Positions 11,086-25,579 of a stretch of 64,000 bases of DNA are shown one piece after another. The stretch lies in contig OX638154.1 in the NCBI GenBank assembly GCA_951804945.1, positions 69,998,001 to 70,062,000 of the forward strand. Direction: 5' to 3'. The first letter of the stretch is position 1. Every line of letters starts with the position of its first letter. Source of the DNA: Podarcis cretensis. Taxonomy: Eukaryota. Made by a program: the position numbers and the translations under genes. The notes under the pieces were generated by a model. It was not told the DNA's origin. It searched no databases and saw nothing but the letters and a program-made list of their open reading frames with translations.

Positions 11086-14000
11086 TGTCAAATGTGATGC
11101 GTGAATTGTGACTTTTCCCTGTAAAATATTTGACACTGATCATAGGAAATGGATCCAGCCTCCCCACTGTAAGTATTACAGTGTTTTTTAAGAAAGGGAA
11201 AGCCATCAATTAGACATGCATGCGACCTCTGAAGAAACAATGCTCGTTTTTTGTTATTTTGTATTTGGGTACATGGATACAAAAGGAAGTGAAGTTCTAA
11301 TTTTTAAAGACATAATACAGCTAAATGTTTTTGTAACCTCTTTTTAGTAGCTACATATAGCACTTTTAGTGTACAATACACTTTACAATGTTACTTATTT
11401 TTGCAAGAGGGAAGGAGATGTACAAGAAACTACATCTCCTTGCACTGTAGTTTTCATGTTTTGCACACAATCGCCAGATTTTATTTTAAAAAGAGAATTA
11501 ATTTGAGTTATAATTCCAGTATATCAAGCAGATTCTCATTCTGCTTGACTAGTGTTTATGGTAAAAGGATACTTTTTGCATGCTTTACATTACTTTCTAA
11601 TTATATCTAAATGTTTTTGTCCATTTCAAGAATTTTTCTCGGAGATTTTGGGGCATAAATGGCATAAAACTACTGTAGGATACCCCAGCAATTGTGGCTT
11701 GCTACCTCTTGCTTCATTTTGTGTGAATGAAAAGGAGTAGTAAACACTGTCAGATGCTGCTTTTCTCAAAACAGTAAGGCCAAAGGACAGTAATACATGG
11801 TTTGAATATAAATACTGGTTCTAAACTCCAATATTTTAAATATTTTTGGCCATGTTCAGGAGAGAAATGCATGGCATTTGGATGTAGAAATTAGGAAATG
11901 ATTCTAAGCCAAGGGGAACACATTCTGCTATTTTGATACTGGATTCACGTTTTTGTGGGTTCTCAAATTTGTTATTTTGAATAAAAAAAATACTGGGCGC
12001 TATGTTTATGCTGTTGTCGTTACCTATATTGCTTGAGTTGCAAAAGTTTTGAATAAGATCTATTGTGCAAATCAGTGTATTTCAGAAATAATATCCTAAG
12101 TGGGTATAGGATAGCAAACTTAGTTGTCTGCATGTTCTTAGTTTGGAGAATACATAATAACAATTTTGAGCAATCAGTTATGCTTTACCAGTTGATACTT
12201 TATTTTTTTACCATTTGATTTGTTCCCTTGATGCAAAATTCATCCCCATATTTAAATAGGTGCTTTTTATTCTTTCTTTTAACTGTGTGTTGCGTCTGCT
12301 GTAGATATTTTTTCATATGAGTCAACACCTCGGAATGATTATTGCTCTGCTTCTAGACGGCGGAATACTTTCACTTCCATTACTGCCAAAATTGTTCTTT
12401 GCTGCTGGGGAAATGGATGACTTAAAAAAAAAAAAAAGAATTCTGAGATTTCTACTTAGTTGCTGATAAGGTATATGGAGAGTTGAAACTGGGATGAAAC
12501 TTTGGCTTGATGGGAGCAAGGTTTAATTGGAAACAGACCTCCCTCTGGGCTAAGTCCAGCAACTAAGACCTTTAGGACACGGCCCTAGGCCCTAGTGCTT
12601 TTGAAGAGGAGCAGTGTTCATAGTTTCCCCCCTCTAAATAATCATAGCTCACCCCACACTTCTGGCAATAGGCCATAGGACTACCAGACATAGGGTGTCT
12701 TTCAGGAAGCTCCAGGTCCCAGAAGTCATTTTGCTTTGTTTTGCTTTTCCAGATTAATCACCTGAGCATGTAGCACAAAAGAAGAAACAGCAAGCACCTA
12801 AAATCATTACATTTCCCACTGGCATGCCAACAATTTCTGTCATCTCCTTCCACCCATGGACAGTGCATACCGTAAGAACTTGTACATGTGTGAGAGATTA
12901 AGACAGAGAAGGCAACTCTGCCAAGCTTGTTCAGCTCTTGCCTCTTTCCATTTAAAATATTGCTGGGTGGCATCTTCTTTGGCAAGCTCATGAGCCGGAT
13001 TTCATGATGGAACATGATTGTTGGCGTGAGTCAGCCATTGTTTTTGCCGTGTCATAGCTTAATGCAAGTTTCCTTCCCTCCTTTCTTTGGCCAGGAGAGC
13101 ATGAAAGGACCTTGCAGCCACACTGCAAGTTAACGACCCAGACTCTCTTTGATCTGGGTAAATAAAATGGGTCCCCAAACAATCCTCCCCCCCCCTCCTT
13201 GCAAGAGGTATTTCTGTTCCAGTATGTGTAGTCTGGAGGGCTCGGCTATAATTGTGATTGCATTTAGCTGCTGATGAAATATTCCTTGCTGACTGACAAG
13301 ACCTGATTCGCTTTGTGCTGAGTGCAGGTGCATATTTGGACTAGACTGATGTCTTTTGAAATCCGTGTAGCTATATTAGCATACGTGGATGGAATAACTG
13401 GGTTCTAGTTTTGTCATGTGTACTTACTGAATATGAGCTTGCTTAGCTTCAGAAAGGAAAGGTTGGAAATAAACTCTTGTTGATAGACAACAGGAAAGGA
13501 GAGGGGAGGAAATCAGAGTTATTACAAAGGGACTCTCCCTTTCTGTTTTTTGCTTAGATTTGCAAGAAAGCAGTGAAATAGTCTGATTTCTCTTTCTCTA
13601 AAGAAATTTTATTAAATGTATTTACTTGTGTAGTTTGGATGTTGTGTTCCTTCTCTCAGCACTCACTGTGCCTGAAGCCTTCAAGGCCACATCGTTTGAA
13701 GATTACTAAACAGGACCTGCTGATGACAGGCTATGGATTTGGCCACTAGAGGCTTTCCTGTAACAGAGAAGAGTTGCCTGTATGCTTGTGTTACATGCTT
13801 TTGAAAGCTCGTTCAGAAAAGCATCGTGATTTCTTGATCCTTTCCTAGTCTGCTTTAACAATTTTGCCTTTAAATAGTCCTTTCAGTTATTTCTCATTGA
13901 TTTTTTAAAAATGTACGTTGGTTATCATTTTTACCAGTGCTATCATCATTTATTAGAAACAGCATTTTGGTCGGCATGCTGCACTTCATTTCCTCCTCGG

Positions 14001-14322
14001 GTGGCAGAGGCCGTATTGTCATCATCTGTGTTGGATTTTCGCCCCTAACCTTGTAGTTCGTGAATTCATCCCTACCCCGGAGGGCAAAATATCTAAGTTT
14101 TATATATTAGTAATTGAATTTCTGAAAGTGACTTGCTTGGTTTATAGAGGAATTTTATGACAACCCAGAGAAATTGAGCTTGGACATCGAAATCAACCTT
14201 GGGTTCGTTTTATATTAGACCACAAAGCCTTTCTTGTTTGTAGGAGTGACCTAACAAATGGTTAAGGTAAAAAGTAGAAAACTGGTGCCACTCCAGCTTC
14301 ACCAATGCTGATGTTACGTAGC

Positions 14323-14510
14323 AACATAGGGAGCTTCTTCTATACCTGTTCAGACTATTGGTTCATCTAGCTCAGAATTGTCTCCACTGACTCGCAGTGG
14401 CTCTCTAGGGTTTTGGACTGTGGTCTCCCTCAACCTTGTCTGGAGATAATACTAGGGATTGAACCTTCGGACCTTCTTCATTAAAATCTTCTGCTGAGTT
14501 ACAGCCCTTC
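14323..14510 (-). mobile_element. Old tRNA-derived SINE (Squam3-like), degenerate
   Basis: Reverse-strand head GAAGGGCTGTAACTCAG (A box) and B-box remnant GGTTCAATCCC. Body (ATCTAGCTCAG..ATTGTCT..AC...GTGGCTCTC) is shared with 48500-48660. Confidence 0.65.
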
Positions 14511-15828
14511 GGCAAGGGTTTGGGGTTGGTTCAGTTTGTAATTGTAGCCCAACTTTAGGTTGACTTTGGCTAGCACCTCTGGCACAGTATGGATAGTATC
14601 TGACAAAGTCATATACAGAGTGGATCTGTTGACACCAGTGGACTTAAGACAGCAATGACTAAAACTTGTGCACTAATTTTGGTGGGTCTGCACACCTCGC
14701 TTAACCTTAGAGTGATTTAATGGGACCTTCTGCCAAGTAGACATGGTTAGGATTGTAGCCAGAGTCAGAAGCCACCCAAAGCCTGAATTTTACTGAGTTT
14801 ATATCAAACATTGGGTATGTTCATTTATTATAGCTCTACATATCGACGCTTGGCCAAAAGTGTTTTCTGTGATAGTAGAATGGTTTTCTTAGGATGGATA
14901 AAAACAAGGATATGACAACTAGTAAATGTTTTCTCCCTGTTATTTAATATTATGTGCTTATTTTTCTTAAAATACCCATGTTTGTATTCAGTGTAATTGA
15001 TACTAAACTTTGAGGTAGCAAGTTAATCCGAATAGGAATAGGTTTTGGCTTATGTGGCAGAGGGACGTTAAACAGAGCCACAGTGCTGTTTGTTTATTTT
15101 GGTTAAGGAGATGATTTAGCCTGGAAGTGATGACTTGTTTTGGGTGGTCCCTCCACTTCAGGATGGTTCAGTGTTGGTTTTCCCTTTCCCATAAAAGTCT
15201 TAATGTGATGTTGGGGGGGGGGGAAACAGCAGCAGCAGCTTTTACATCTTGGTATGCAGTGAGCTAAAGTTGCTTGCTTAACTGTTTTGAAGGACAAGGA
15301 TAACCAGATAGAGCCAGCAGGAGATAAAAATGGCCAGGGTGCCTTCTTCAGGAGTGACTGATATCAGGTAACTCTTAGCTGTCTGGGAATTCCTTTCAAA
15401 TAGTGTCCATTTGTTTGTCTTCCAGTGCTAAATTTTTGCATTTTCTGCATACTTTTTGCTAACTCTTCTTATTACCTGCAGAGGGAGCTTGCATATGAGA
15501 TAATCAGAATAATCGTGGCTTTTTTTTTTTAAAGGACTGCAATTGTTTTTCAGCATAAATACAATGTCTGCTTGTTACAGCATTCTCTGTTGCTTTTGCT
15601 CAGATTAAAAGTGTTTTACATGTAAAGTGTGTTCAAGGGTATGCTTTGAGAAGTGCCTACATCACTGATAGCAGTTGGCAAACACTTGTAAATTTAACAT
15701 GCAAAAAGTGTAAGTGGATGTTAAAATGACATTCTTTTTTCAGATGAAAATACTCTTTGCTTTAAAATTAGGGATTTTTTTATTAAAAAAAGAGTAAACT
15801 CCCAAATACTTGTGCAACTGTATTGGGT

Positions 15829-15884
15829 GGGGTGGGGTGGATGTAAAGAATCATTGGGGGGTGGGGTGGATGTAAAGAATCATT
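15829..15884 (+). repeat. Tandem duplication of a 27-bp G-rich unit (period 29)
   Basis: GGGGTGGGGTGGATGTAAAGAATCATT at 15829-15855 and 15858-15884. Confidence 0.9.
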
Positions 15885-15981
15885 TATTTAAAAATAAATA
15901 AAATAAGTTCACAAGCTTCAGGGCTTCCTTAATTTAACTAGTGTTTGGTATGCTGAGTGGAAAGCTGTGACAATGGGATAT

Positions 15982-16049
15982 TATCTATCTATCTATCTAT
16001 CTATCATCTATCTATCTATCTATCTATCATCATCATCTATCTATATATA
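15982..16049 (+). repeat. (TATC)n tetranucleotide microsatellite, interrupted
   Basis: Read directly. Confidence 0.9.
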
Positions 16050-17818
16050 TTGTTGGTTACATTACAGTTGCAAGGTCAAGTCTTAGTTTTTGTTTTACAA
16101 AAAGACATCACTAGTACTATAGCCAACAAATAAGTGTAATGCATTCAACAGCTAAACCTTCAGCATTAAAACATTTAGGGGTGAAAAAAACTACAGCCCT
16201 GCTTACAGTTTAAAAAGGCCATGGTGGTATAATAATATCAAGTTATGAGCTTATTAATAAATACCGGTAAATATCACCTAAGACATGGACGCCTAGCATT
16301 TGCTAATGTCATCTTTTAAGGTTTAGTACCAGGAATTTGAAGGATGTTCCTGCATGTTTTAGAATTTGAATTATGCATTTTCGGATGATGAAGCCCTTCA
16401 TGAAACAAGAGAAATGTTAGGGAAATAAATGTGACTTAATATATTGCTTGGTGTACAAAGAAGGTAATGGAGATGGCATTGAAATAAGCACTGTTTAGCT
16501 CTGAAAAATAATGGCGCTCTATTTTCATTTAAGGTAGTTTGGGAAGTCTGCATGCTATCTGCTGTGATTTTAATATGAAATAGAGCATTATGCATAGTTG
16601 CACATTCCATAAAACTGAAGCAGCACTCAGAAACACACTCACTTGCCATAAATCCTCCCAGAAAATTGGTTTGAGAGTTGATTTTTCTGAAGGTTTATTA
16701 CAATGCCGTAATGTTAAAAATGTGTATATGTGCAGGAGAACACAGGCTTTTATTGTATTTTTGATTATCCTTTTAAACAACTAGCAAAAAGGTTTACTGG
16801 TGTCACAAAAGTACACCATCTTGGTGCTGATTCATTATTTATACTGTCTAATCCTTGCTAATGTGAAAAAATCGGCTTGTTGTTGTAACACCAAATGGCC
16901 CTTTAAGTAGAGAAACAGTTAAGTAGATCTCCTGTAATAGTATGTTGTCTAATAAAGAGATTTATGGTATTGGCAAGGGCTATTGTATAGGAATTACCAT
17001 TTCACAGCATGATCATGTGTTATCATAACAACTTGGTACCACATTTATGTGGAACATTTTCATAACAGGGTAAGGATATTAGCCACAGCAATTACACTCC
17101 AATAGGATTATGGCAGAAAGACTTATTTAGAATATAGAAATACTCCTAGACGGACTTGGAATTGGAGCTGCGGATCTTCTGAAGTTCGATCCACTTTTGC
17201 TCTCCTTGGCTGTAGTAAGTATGAAGGATGTCAGAAATACATTTCTTCTGCTCATCTGCTTAATAATGCAGAGTCAGATATTTCTTTCATCCTTCTTACT
17301 TAGGACATAAATTGTGAATTCTGAAATATATTTGTGTGAAGCTTTGCGGTTGGGTGTAGAGAGTTGCTTGTCCTAGGGAAGGAGAAATAACAAATGGAGA
17401 AGCTGATGACTTACGTGTGGTACAGGAGGGGGGCATCACTGAGAATTCATTCATTCTCAGTGAATGAATGACTACACTCTTGGATTTTGCACAGCATTTT
17501 CATTGGGATGAATGGGTTGACTCTGCCAAGGCTTGCATATTCTTGTCTAGCTTCAGATGCCTAAAAAGCACCAGCTTTTAATACATAGAATTCATTTCCC
17601 TTCTGTTCTTGGAAAGCCTAGCCAGCTCAGGAAAATAGATATATATTAATTGAATAGAATAAATACCAGGACATGAAAGTTGTGTCATTTCATGTCATTT
17701 TGAAAAAGAAGAAATAAGAGGAGCAAAGTTTTGTTTTGTTGTTGCAACTTATTTTACTAAATGGAAAACAAAGAAACAAAATTCACTGCTGTAAATATTG
17801 TAGAGGTGTGGGGTGTGA

Positions 17819-17862
<44 letters not shown>
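17819..17862 (+). repeat. Compound (GT)n(GA)n microsatellite
   Basis: Read directly. Confidence 0.95.
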
Positions 17863-17865
<3 letters not shown>

Positions 17866-19148
17866 TAATTGCTTGTATTAATATGAATGGAATTCCATTC
17901 ATGGAATGAAGAAGGGCTTTACTGCTGCTGCCCCCTGCACCACTTGAAAGCTGCTCCTGTTTGCTTGGGAAATATGCCAGAATGGAATGAGATGTGGTTT
18001 GGAGTTTTGCAGCTGAAGGGGAGAATGGGAACCCCCCCCCCCGAAACTCTTCCCTTTGCATGAGTGGAACTGATTGCCATTAAACTTTGTTAGATCCTAA
18101 ATATTGTCCCTGGTATTGTAATATTTGGGAGGATACATTCACAGGTAACTTCATCTGTTATGTATTTGTATTCATACTAGGTTGGATCTAGAGCTCTGTT
18201 GCACTGTTGAGAGGGCACAGGGCAAGTAATGCATGCCTATCTCTGATTTCCTCTTGAAAAACTGAACTGGAAGAACAATGTGAAAGGTAGTGTGTCTGTG
18301 TGGGCTGCCAAGGCGAGGGGAAATCAGGGAAGATACCTTAATCTCCCCCTGCTTCATCCATTGGAGACCTTGAAAGGAGCCCTTCCATTCACATAAACAG
18401 TCTGGACCCAGCCCATTATTTTTGTACATTTCTTAGGCATTTGGTTTAATTTACAGTCAGATTTTTTAAGTAAAGTTGCTTGGCAAATCAACTTAAATCG
18501 CCACCTTCTCGAAGTCTCACCACAATCTTTTAAGATCATCTGAGAGTATCCGCCTTAAACCATTAATATGCAAAATATGAACTATAAGCAAAATAATGAG
18601 CTTTCAGTGGTCCAACAGCATCTGGAGGGAAGATATTCCACATTCCTGCATTAGGGCCTGAAAAATTCTCAATGGCTTTCCCACATTCCCAGGATTTTAT
18701 GTAAACTGGAGCCTGAGTGTTTTTTTAGAAATGCTGCAAAGACTTGCTTGTTTTTGCTGTATTTTAATTGCCAGGGCTAAGGGCTAAGCAAGTGTAGAGT
18801 AAGTTTAATTCCTTCCCTGTGGTGTATTTTATTCTGCTGATTCTAGGATGGTGTGTTTTTAATTTATTTTTTCCAGCTGTGGATGGCATGGATAAGTTGA
18901 GACGCACCTTTTAAAATAAATTCTAGATAATTGAAAATCAGCATTGTTGGAATGATTTCTGGTTAATTAATAATGACTACATAGCCAAAGCATCTGTGCT
19001 ATTTCAGAATGCAAATATGATGGTTCAGATCCAGGAATGATGGCACACAAAAATATGCTATGTTCACCAGGTTGTAAGTGTGAAGGATCAACTGAAACAG
19101 GCTCATATGTATTAACATCTAGCCAATGTGAACAATATGTATTATATA

Positions 19149-19436
19149 CTATATTGGCCCGAATCTAAACAGTGCCTGTATATAAGCCGCACCTTTAAAA
19201 TTTGAGGGGGGAGGGAAAGAAAAAATACCTGAATATAAGCCGCTCCATTCCGGGCTGCATACTGGGGGGAGGGAGCCTCACTGTGTTGCCTGTGGCCTTG
19301 GGGGAGAGGGTGGGGGACTATGCACGGGGCGGGCGCTCCTGGCTGCATACCGTAAGGTCGCGAATATAAGCCACACTTTAACTTTTCACGGTCGGAATTT
19401 GGGGAAAAACTGAGGCTTATATTCAGGCCAATACGG
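19149..19436. mobile_element. Non-autonomous Tc1/mariner-superfamily (pogo/Tc2-like) DNA transposon
   Basis: Imperfect TIRs CTATATTGGCCCGAAT / ATTCAGGCCAATACGG, TA on both sides (19147-48, 19437-38), internal reiteration of ATATAAGCC, GC-rich core in an AT-rich background. Confidence 0.75.
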
Positions 19437-22400
19437 TATATATAAAATAAATTCTTTACTAGTCATATTCTACATAAATTATCTGGGTGACAGATAATTA
19501 GAACAGTTTAAAGAAACACAAGTCCCATACAATGCAATCAGTCACTATACAATGTAGTGGCACAAAAATCCAATTAAAAACAAAACAAAAAATGACATGT
19601 TCTTAGTTAAGTAGCAAATTCCAGGCACAGAAATGTAAATAATCACAGGAGGGAACCCCAAACAACATTGCAGGGTTAAAACCACATCTTAACCCAACTA
19701 CTGTGAAAACACAGATTGACCAGAGATGAATATAACAATATTTAAAAGGTGTTAAAATTTGAAAAGGTCTGGAAAATTGAACACACACACGCCCAATATC
19801 AGACATGCATTGACATAGTTGCCTGGAGAACTTTTTTTTTTTAAGGGTGAGCATTCTTTAGGGATATCCAATATAGGGGAACAGAGTAACTATCAATATT
19901 TTATTGTGGAACATGCAGAAACCCATGTGCTTTGCTAATCTGCCTCCTCTCTGACTTGCATGTGGCAGAATCCTGAGAAGTAGCACCGATATTGCAGTGT
20001 CAAGGGACAAGATATGCAGCAGCGCAGTGTGGCAAATTAAAATCACTGGCCTGTGTTTGATGTCATGCCACAACCATGCATAAACAAGTCTGCTTGGACT
20101 TGTGTGTCCCTTTCCCCTCTCCTTCAATGTGGATGCAAAGGGAAGATTAGAAGCACTTCAGCTAGCCCAAATTTGGGGTGGGGCTGGGGTACTATTCATT
20201 TAAGCTGGTTTGCTGAAACCCCAGTCAAACACATATATTTTCCTTCATCCTGACTTATTAACAAATTATACTTTAAAGCAGGGTTTCCACAGGTTGCATG
20301 TAGTAAACTCTGGTTAGTTAAAAAGGCAGTGGGATGCTTCTGATCTCTTGGCCGCAAAGGAGGAAGAAATAGACTTGCTCATGTATCCTTTTTTTCAGAC
20401 AGATTAGTATGATGTGCCATGACAAATGGATAGTTGAATGTAGAACTGGAAGTATAAACAAATTTGATAAAAAGTTGCAATCTTTCGAAAATGTTTGTTG
20501 AAAAGTTTTGCTACTTCATGCTACAGGCTGGCTTCTAGTAAGAATATAATCACATCTATTTGAAGTTTGTGATGGCCAAAGTCTTTATGTTTCGGAAACA
20601 TTTAAATTGTCAGCTGCTACCTTTTCCATGATTAACTGGTATATCACCTTTAGATACACAATTTTATTACAGAGATTAGGTATCCAGAATCGTTGTACGT
20701 AATAAGAATTAGTTTGAAAACAGCCCTCACATTTTATATGCACCATTATGCTATGTATAATATTGACCACTGAAATATACATGATTGGGTTTGAGAGCTT
20801 ACATTTAATGTCTACATCTCTGAAAAATAAAAGGACATTTTGTGATGCTTGCCTGGACTCGTGGCTTATAATCTGTGCAACCTGATGATATATGCATGTT
20901 TACTCTGAAGTAAGTCACTGTATGCTCAGTGGGGCTCAGTGCCATGCAAGTATCCCTAGTAAAAGATAATGCTATGCTGTTACTAACATCTAAGGGAGTA
21001 TAAGGAAATGTATAATTAAATAGGAGAATTGATGAGGGGGATCCCAATTGAAATTCTGTAACAGAAGGTGGGGGGGGGATAAAACCTCTGTAAAATGCAG
21101 GTTTAGACAAATAAATGCAATACTATGTTAAAGGTAGCAAGAGGTAATCTTCTGACTTTTTCCAGTCCTTTATCTCCTGCTTCACTTTTTAATACACATC
21201 TTTTGCTTAGATCCAAAGTGTTCTTTTGAACTCCATGAGTCTTCCTTCCTGATATAGGTTTTATTTTTATTTTGCAATTGCAGTATAAGAGGAAGACTGT
21301 GTCACACTTTATGAAAACGTACATGCTGTTATCTGCTGTTGTTGTGTATGTGGTTCATTGAGAATAAACAAGCTAGGCTACCTGAGATGTTTACCTCGGT
21401 TGCTTTTGGGTTTTGTGTGCTTTGCAACAACTGAGCTGGAATTTTTTTTTTTTTTAATTAGCAGTCTCCTCTTTGGAGGGATCATAAATCTGCCTGTGTG
21501 AGTTGTGAGTCTGCGCTGTGGTCGTTTCGCTGGCCCGGTTCGTTTTAAATGATGATGCCCTACTTGCGAGTCACTGTGGGAAAGCATTCGTGTATAGAGG
21601 AGTGATCTTTTTGTTTGTTTGGGAGTTTTTTCTCTACCTACCTTTGGAAGAGCTGTGTGGTTATGACTAATAAACACTTTACTATTTGGCAAATGGAATG
21701 TAAGTGACCAGGAGCTATTGGTTGAGGAATGGAAAAACCTGCTGCACAGAGTACATCAAAGCAGTGGAGCCTTTGAAATATACCTGTGGATGGAAATTTT
21801 TCATTTTAACCTGTCAGCTGCACAGAATACAAATCTCTCTGCTACACAGCAAGGTATTTTGTTAACAACATTTTTTCCCTGAATGTACTATGTCAAAACC
21901 GTGATACTTGGAGTCAGGATAGCAATGGGGTGCCTCATAGCGGGTCATGAAATGATTTGTAGATTAACAAAATGACAATTAATGCTTTACATTTTATCTG
22001 ATTAGCATTTCTATTCTGATTTTTTTTGTGGCTTTGTTTTCTGCCTCTCTTTGCTTAGTGTTTTGGTTTGGGTATAATTGCCGACACAATGTCTTACTCA
22101 CATCATGTTTTCCTCACTTCTCATGGCATTCAAAATGAGTGTCATTTTCTTGTATTTGGCTGGAAGGAACACCATCTGTATTTCTAGGAGTTAAAGGTCC
22201 TGGCTTTACAATATGCAGTGATAGCCATTGGGGTGAGAAGGGGAGAGTGTCACTGGACTGGCAGTCAGAAGTGATTGTGTCACTGATGGAACTCAAGGAG
22301 AAATGGGTGAATTTTGCAAGTGTTTTCACAGTTAGTTTGACAATAATTAAATAATGGAGAGTTCATAAAATTGTTTTGTTTTATACCAGTAGAGGGTTTT

Positions 22401-25400
22401 TTTTGGGGGGGGGATTTGATATTTCTAGTGCAGATATTTGCTTCATTTTAATTAAAATGTTCCTTTAGCTGAAAATTTCAATATTGTTTGAATTTTAAGA
22501 TTATTATTCTTATTTCACAAAGTTGGTTAGTTCTTTTCTCAACGACTTCTGTATCTTTTTGGACACAAATGATATGAGTGGTTTTAAATTCTTAAAAGTA
22601 TTGTGTGTCTCCATTATTCAATTGCAGTAAAAAGTTGCTTTCTAGAAAAAAGATGTGTTTAGGACTGCAAAACACATGAGCAAAATCATTAGTTATTTCT
22701 GAAATTGCATTTCATTTGTTTGTGTGGTTATTGATTTGTAACACCTAACTCTCCATTTAGTTAGCAATCGAAGGAGTGGTGTAACTGTTACTGCCTTTAA
22801 AAAAAAAAAAAGATAATGATTTTAACCAATCATTTTTAAAGCACATATTATCCTGTTCTGAAAGTTTTAATGAAAAACATGTGTGTATTTGTTTATTTTT
22901 TGTTTAATTCTTATGGCATATTTTGGAAAACCCTGATTTCTCCTTATATGCATAGAATAAACCAGGGTGGTGTTTCTGCTTTTGTTTCTAGTGCAGCAAA
23001 TATATAATTTAGTTATCGGCTGCAATCCTATATCCTAGGATTAAGCCCAGTTGAACTCAATAGGACTTCCTTTCAACTAGGCAAATTTAGGATAGCTCTG
23101 CTGGTATTGTTAATAACAGAGGCTGAAACTACAGTGTTCAGCATTAGGAAAAGTTTCATGCCTGCAACAGCCATTTCATGGAATACAATATGATAATTTG
23201 AAAGAACATTAGGTTCTGAGAATGAACTACTTCTAAATAAAGATACTGGCATCAATTTAAAGATTGTCCTTTAAAAATATAATCCAGCCAAAAAGTCAAA
23301 AGTTTCAATTTTAATGAAGACATTTCAAAGAACAGAGAGATTGAAAAATATGTTTTACCTTTTCAGATTGCTTTTATTTTCCCAGAGGCAATACAAGTGT
23401 TAGCATTTGGAAATGTGTGGCAAATGACTTTGCTTTTTTCTTTCTGTTTGCCCTTGTTGTGGTTTTCATTCGGTTTGGCTGAGTTTGTTGCTATTTGCTT
23501 TTCACCATTAAAAATGTTTGCTTTGAGTGAGAGAGGGAGGCACAGCTTGGTAGTTAAAATTTTCTTGAAATGCCACTAACAGTAGGTCCATTCCCAGATC
23601 AAGCTGTTACAAACTGTAACATTAAATAAGAATCTTTGCACAGTCCTGAAGAAACTACATCCTACATGACAAAAAATAGAGGCATTGGAAATAAAACACA
23701 AATGCCAAATGCATCAAGTATCCTCCCTATCAAATGTATTGTGTGGACACAGTCATAAGAAAAGATAATGTCTGAGATCCAGAGTTTGTTTACCTAGTTC
23801 TACAGTAAAATTTCAGTAAGCATTTTACAAACAATAATACAACACAATTGCAATACAGTGCAGCAATTCTGGACATCAGCTTACAGTTGGTTTCTTCTAG
23901 TATGATAATAGAATGCCCCTAGTATCTCCTCCTCCCCCATTTTGGTTGTGTTGAAATTTCTTATGCAAGTTCTTGAAAGTAATCAGGTAGGAATAAATGG
24001 TTATCTCAATCCAGAAACCTATGTGTGCTGCGATGCACACGGCAGAATTCCTTTGCACATGGAATGGTTCTTGGCATCAGGGTGTTGGAATAGTTTTGCT
24101 TTCTTCTCTCAGATTTAGTAGCAGCTCCTGAGGGTCTTGGAATTAATATCTCATCTGGGAATAACATCAATAGTATTCTTGCTGTTTCTTGATGATGCAT
24201 TATTTGCAGTAGTGGCTATTTCATGCTACTGTTGATATGTGAGAAGTTTTCCGTACGGAAATACTATCCTATGTTAATGACTGCTGCACTCCCAACTCTG
24301 CTGCTAATAACGGTGTTGTGCTAGTCATGTCAACGCTCGTGATCAGAATTAATAACACCGGTAGCCTATATTTGCAAAGATTCCCAAAAATAGAATTGCA
24401 GTGCCAAGTTGGTAGAGACAAACTGGCAAGGAGTCTACCTAAAGATGCACAATAATCCCCGTTTTTCCTTCATTTCAGTGGGCGGTTATCTGACCTCAGG
24501 AGTGGCAGTTGTATAGATGGTGGTAGGCTGATTATCATATAGGTTATTTCTATATTACTTCTATAAATAAGTTTGCTGTTAGTGATGGTAATCTGCTGCT
24601 TGAACCACAAGAAAGAACATTTGGGGTGGATGTCAAGCTTCAAGGTGTGGGTATTAATCTAGTAATCATGACTGTATATCATGTAAATACCTAGGTGTGT
24701 TTGTTTACATGCATGCGTCGGAACACTGTGTCTCAGGGATGAGCAGACTTCAAGCTAGTGGATCTACTTTCTTTTCATAGAACCCAGAGATCCAGAAATA
24801 GGGGATGGACAGGCACACTTTAAATTAGCACATCCAGCCCTAAGAATTTATCTTCAGTACCAAAGGTGAGCTCACAGCCCTTTCTATCTGGTTCCCATCC
24901 CCAGCCAAAATAAATGGAAGGAGAGGGGACATTTTATTATGTCTAGTGTTAAAACAATTGGACCCTTGCAAATTTGCAGCAAATCTCCCAGTATCTACCA
25001 GTAGATCCACACCTACCTTCTACCCACTCTAGATGTAAGGTGAAATACTAGTATTACCTTTGGTGTTTGTTTATTTATACCTTATCAAATTTCTCTCCCT
25101 TTCTCCCAAAGGAGCCCAGAGTGTTATCCCCCCCACATTAGTTATATACTTGGAGATCTTGAAGCTGCAGTCAGATTATCACTGGCAGTAACTGGGCACT
25201 CATGGATTGTGAAGTCATTTTCTTACTTTAGGCTGATTCAGTTGGGTAGTGTAGCTGCTGCCAAGATTAATTTACTGCTTTCAGGGCTGTGTGGCAGCAG
25301 TAATGTACTATTGGTGCAGATTCTTATTGCATAATCAGGCCAAAAGGGGAAACCAATTCAATGTGGGAAGCAAATACAATTGTTAGTACTGCCATTTGGA

Positions 25401-25579
25401 CTTATTCCATGGAACTGATTTCTGGCAACAGCCATTGAGGTAATGTTTAAACTGGTATTTAATCTTAGTAAGGGCTTATCACCCTTTGGTGATTAAGCCA
25501 TGTTGAATGTGTATAGGGAGCTGTTTTCTTTACCTTTGGAACAGCTTTGCAGAATAAGGAAGAGTACCATACATAGCAG

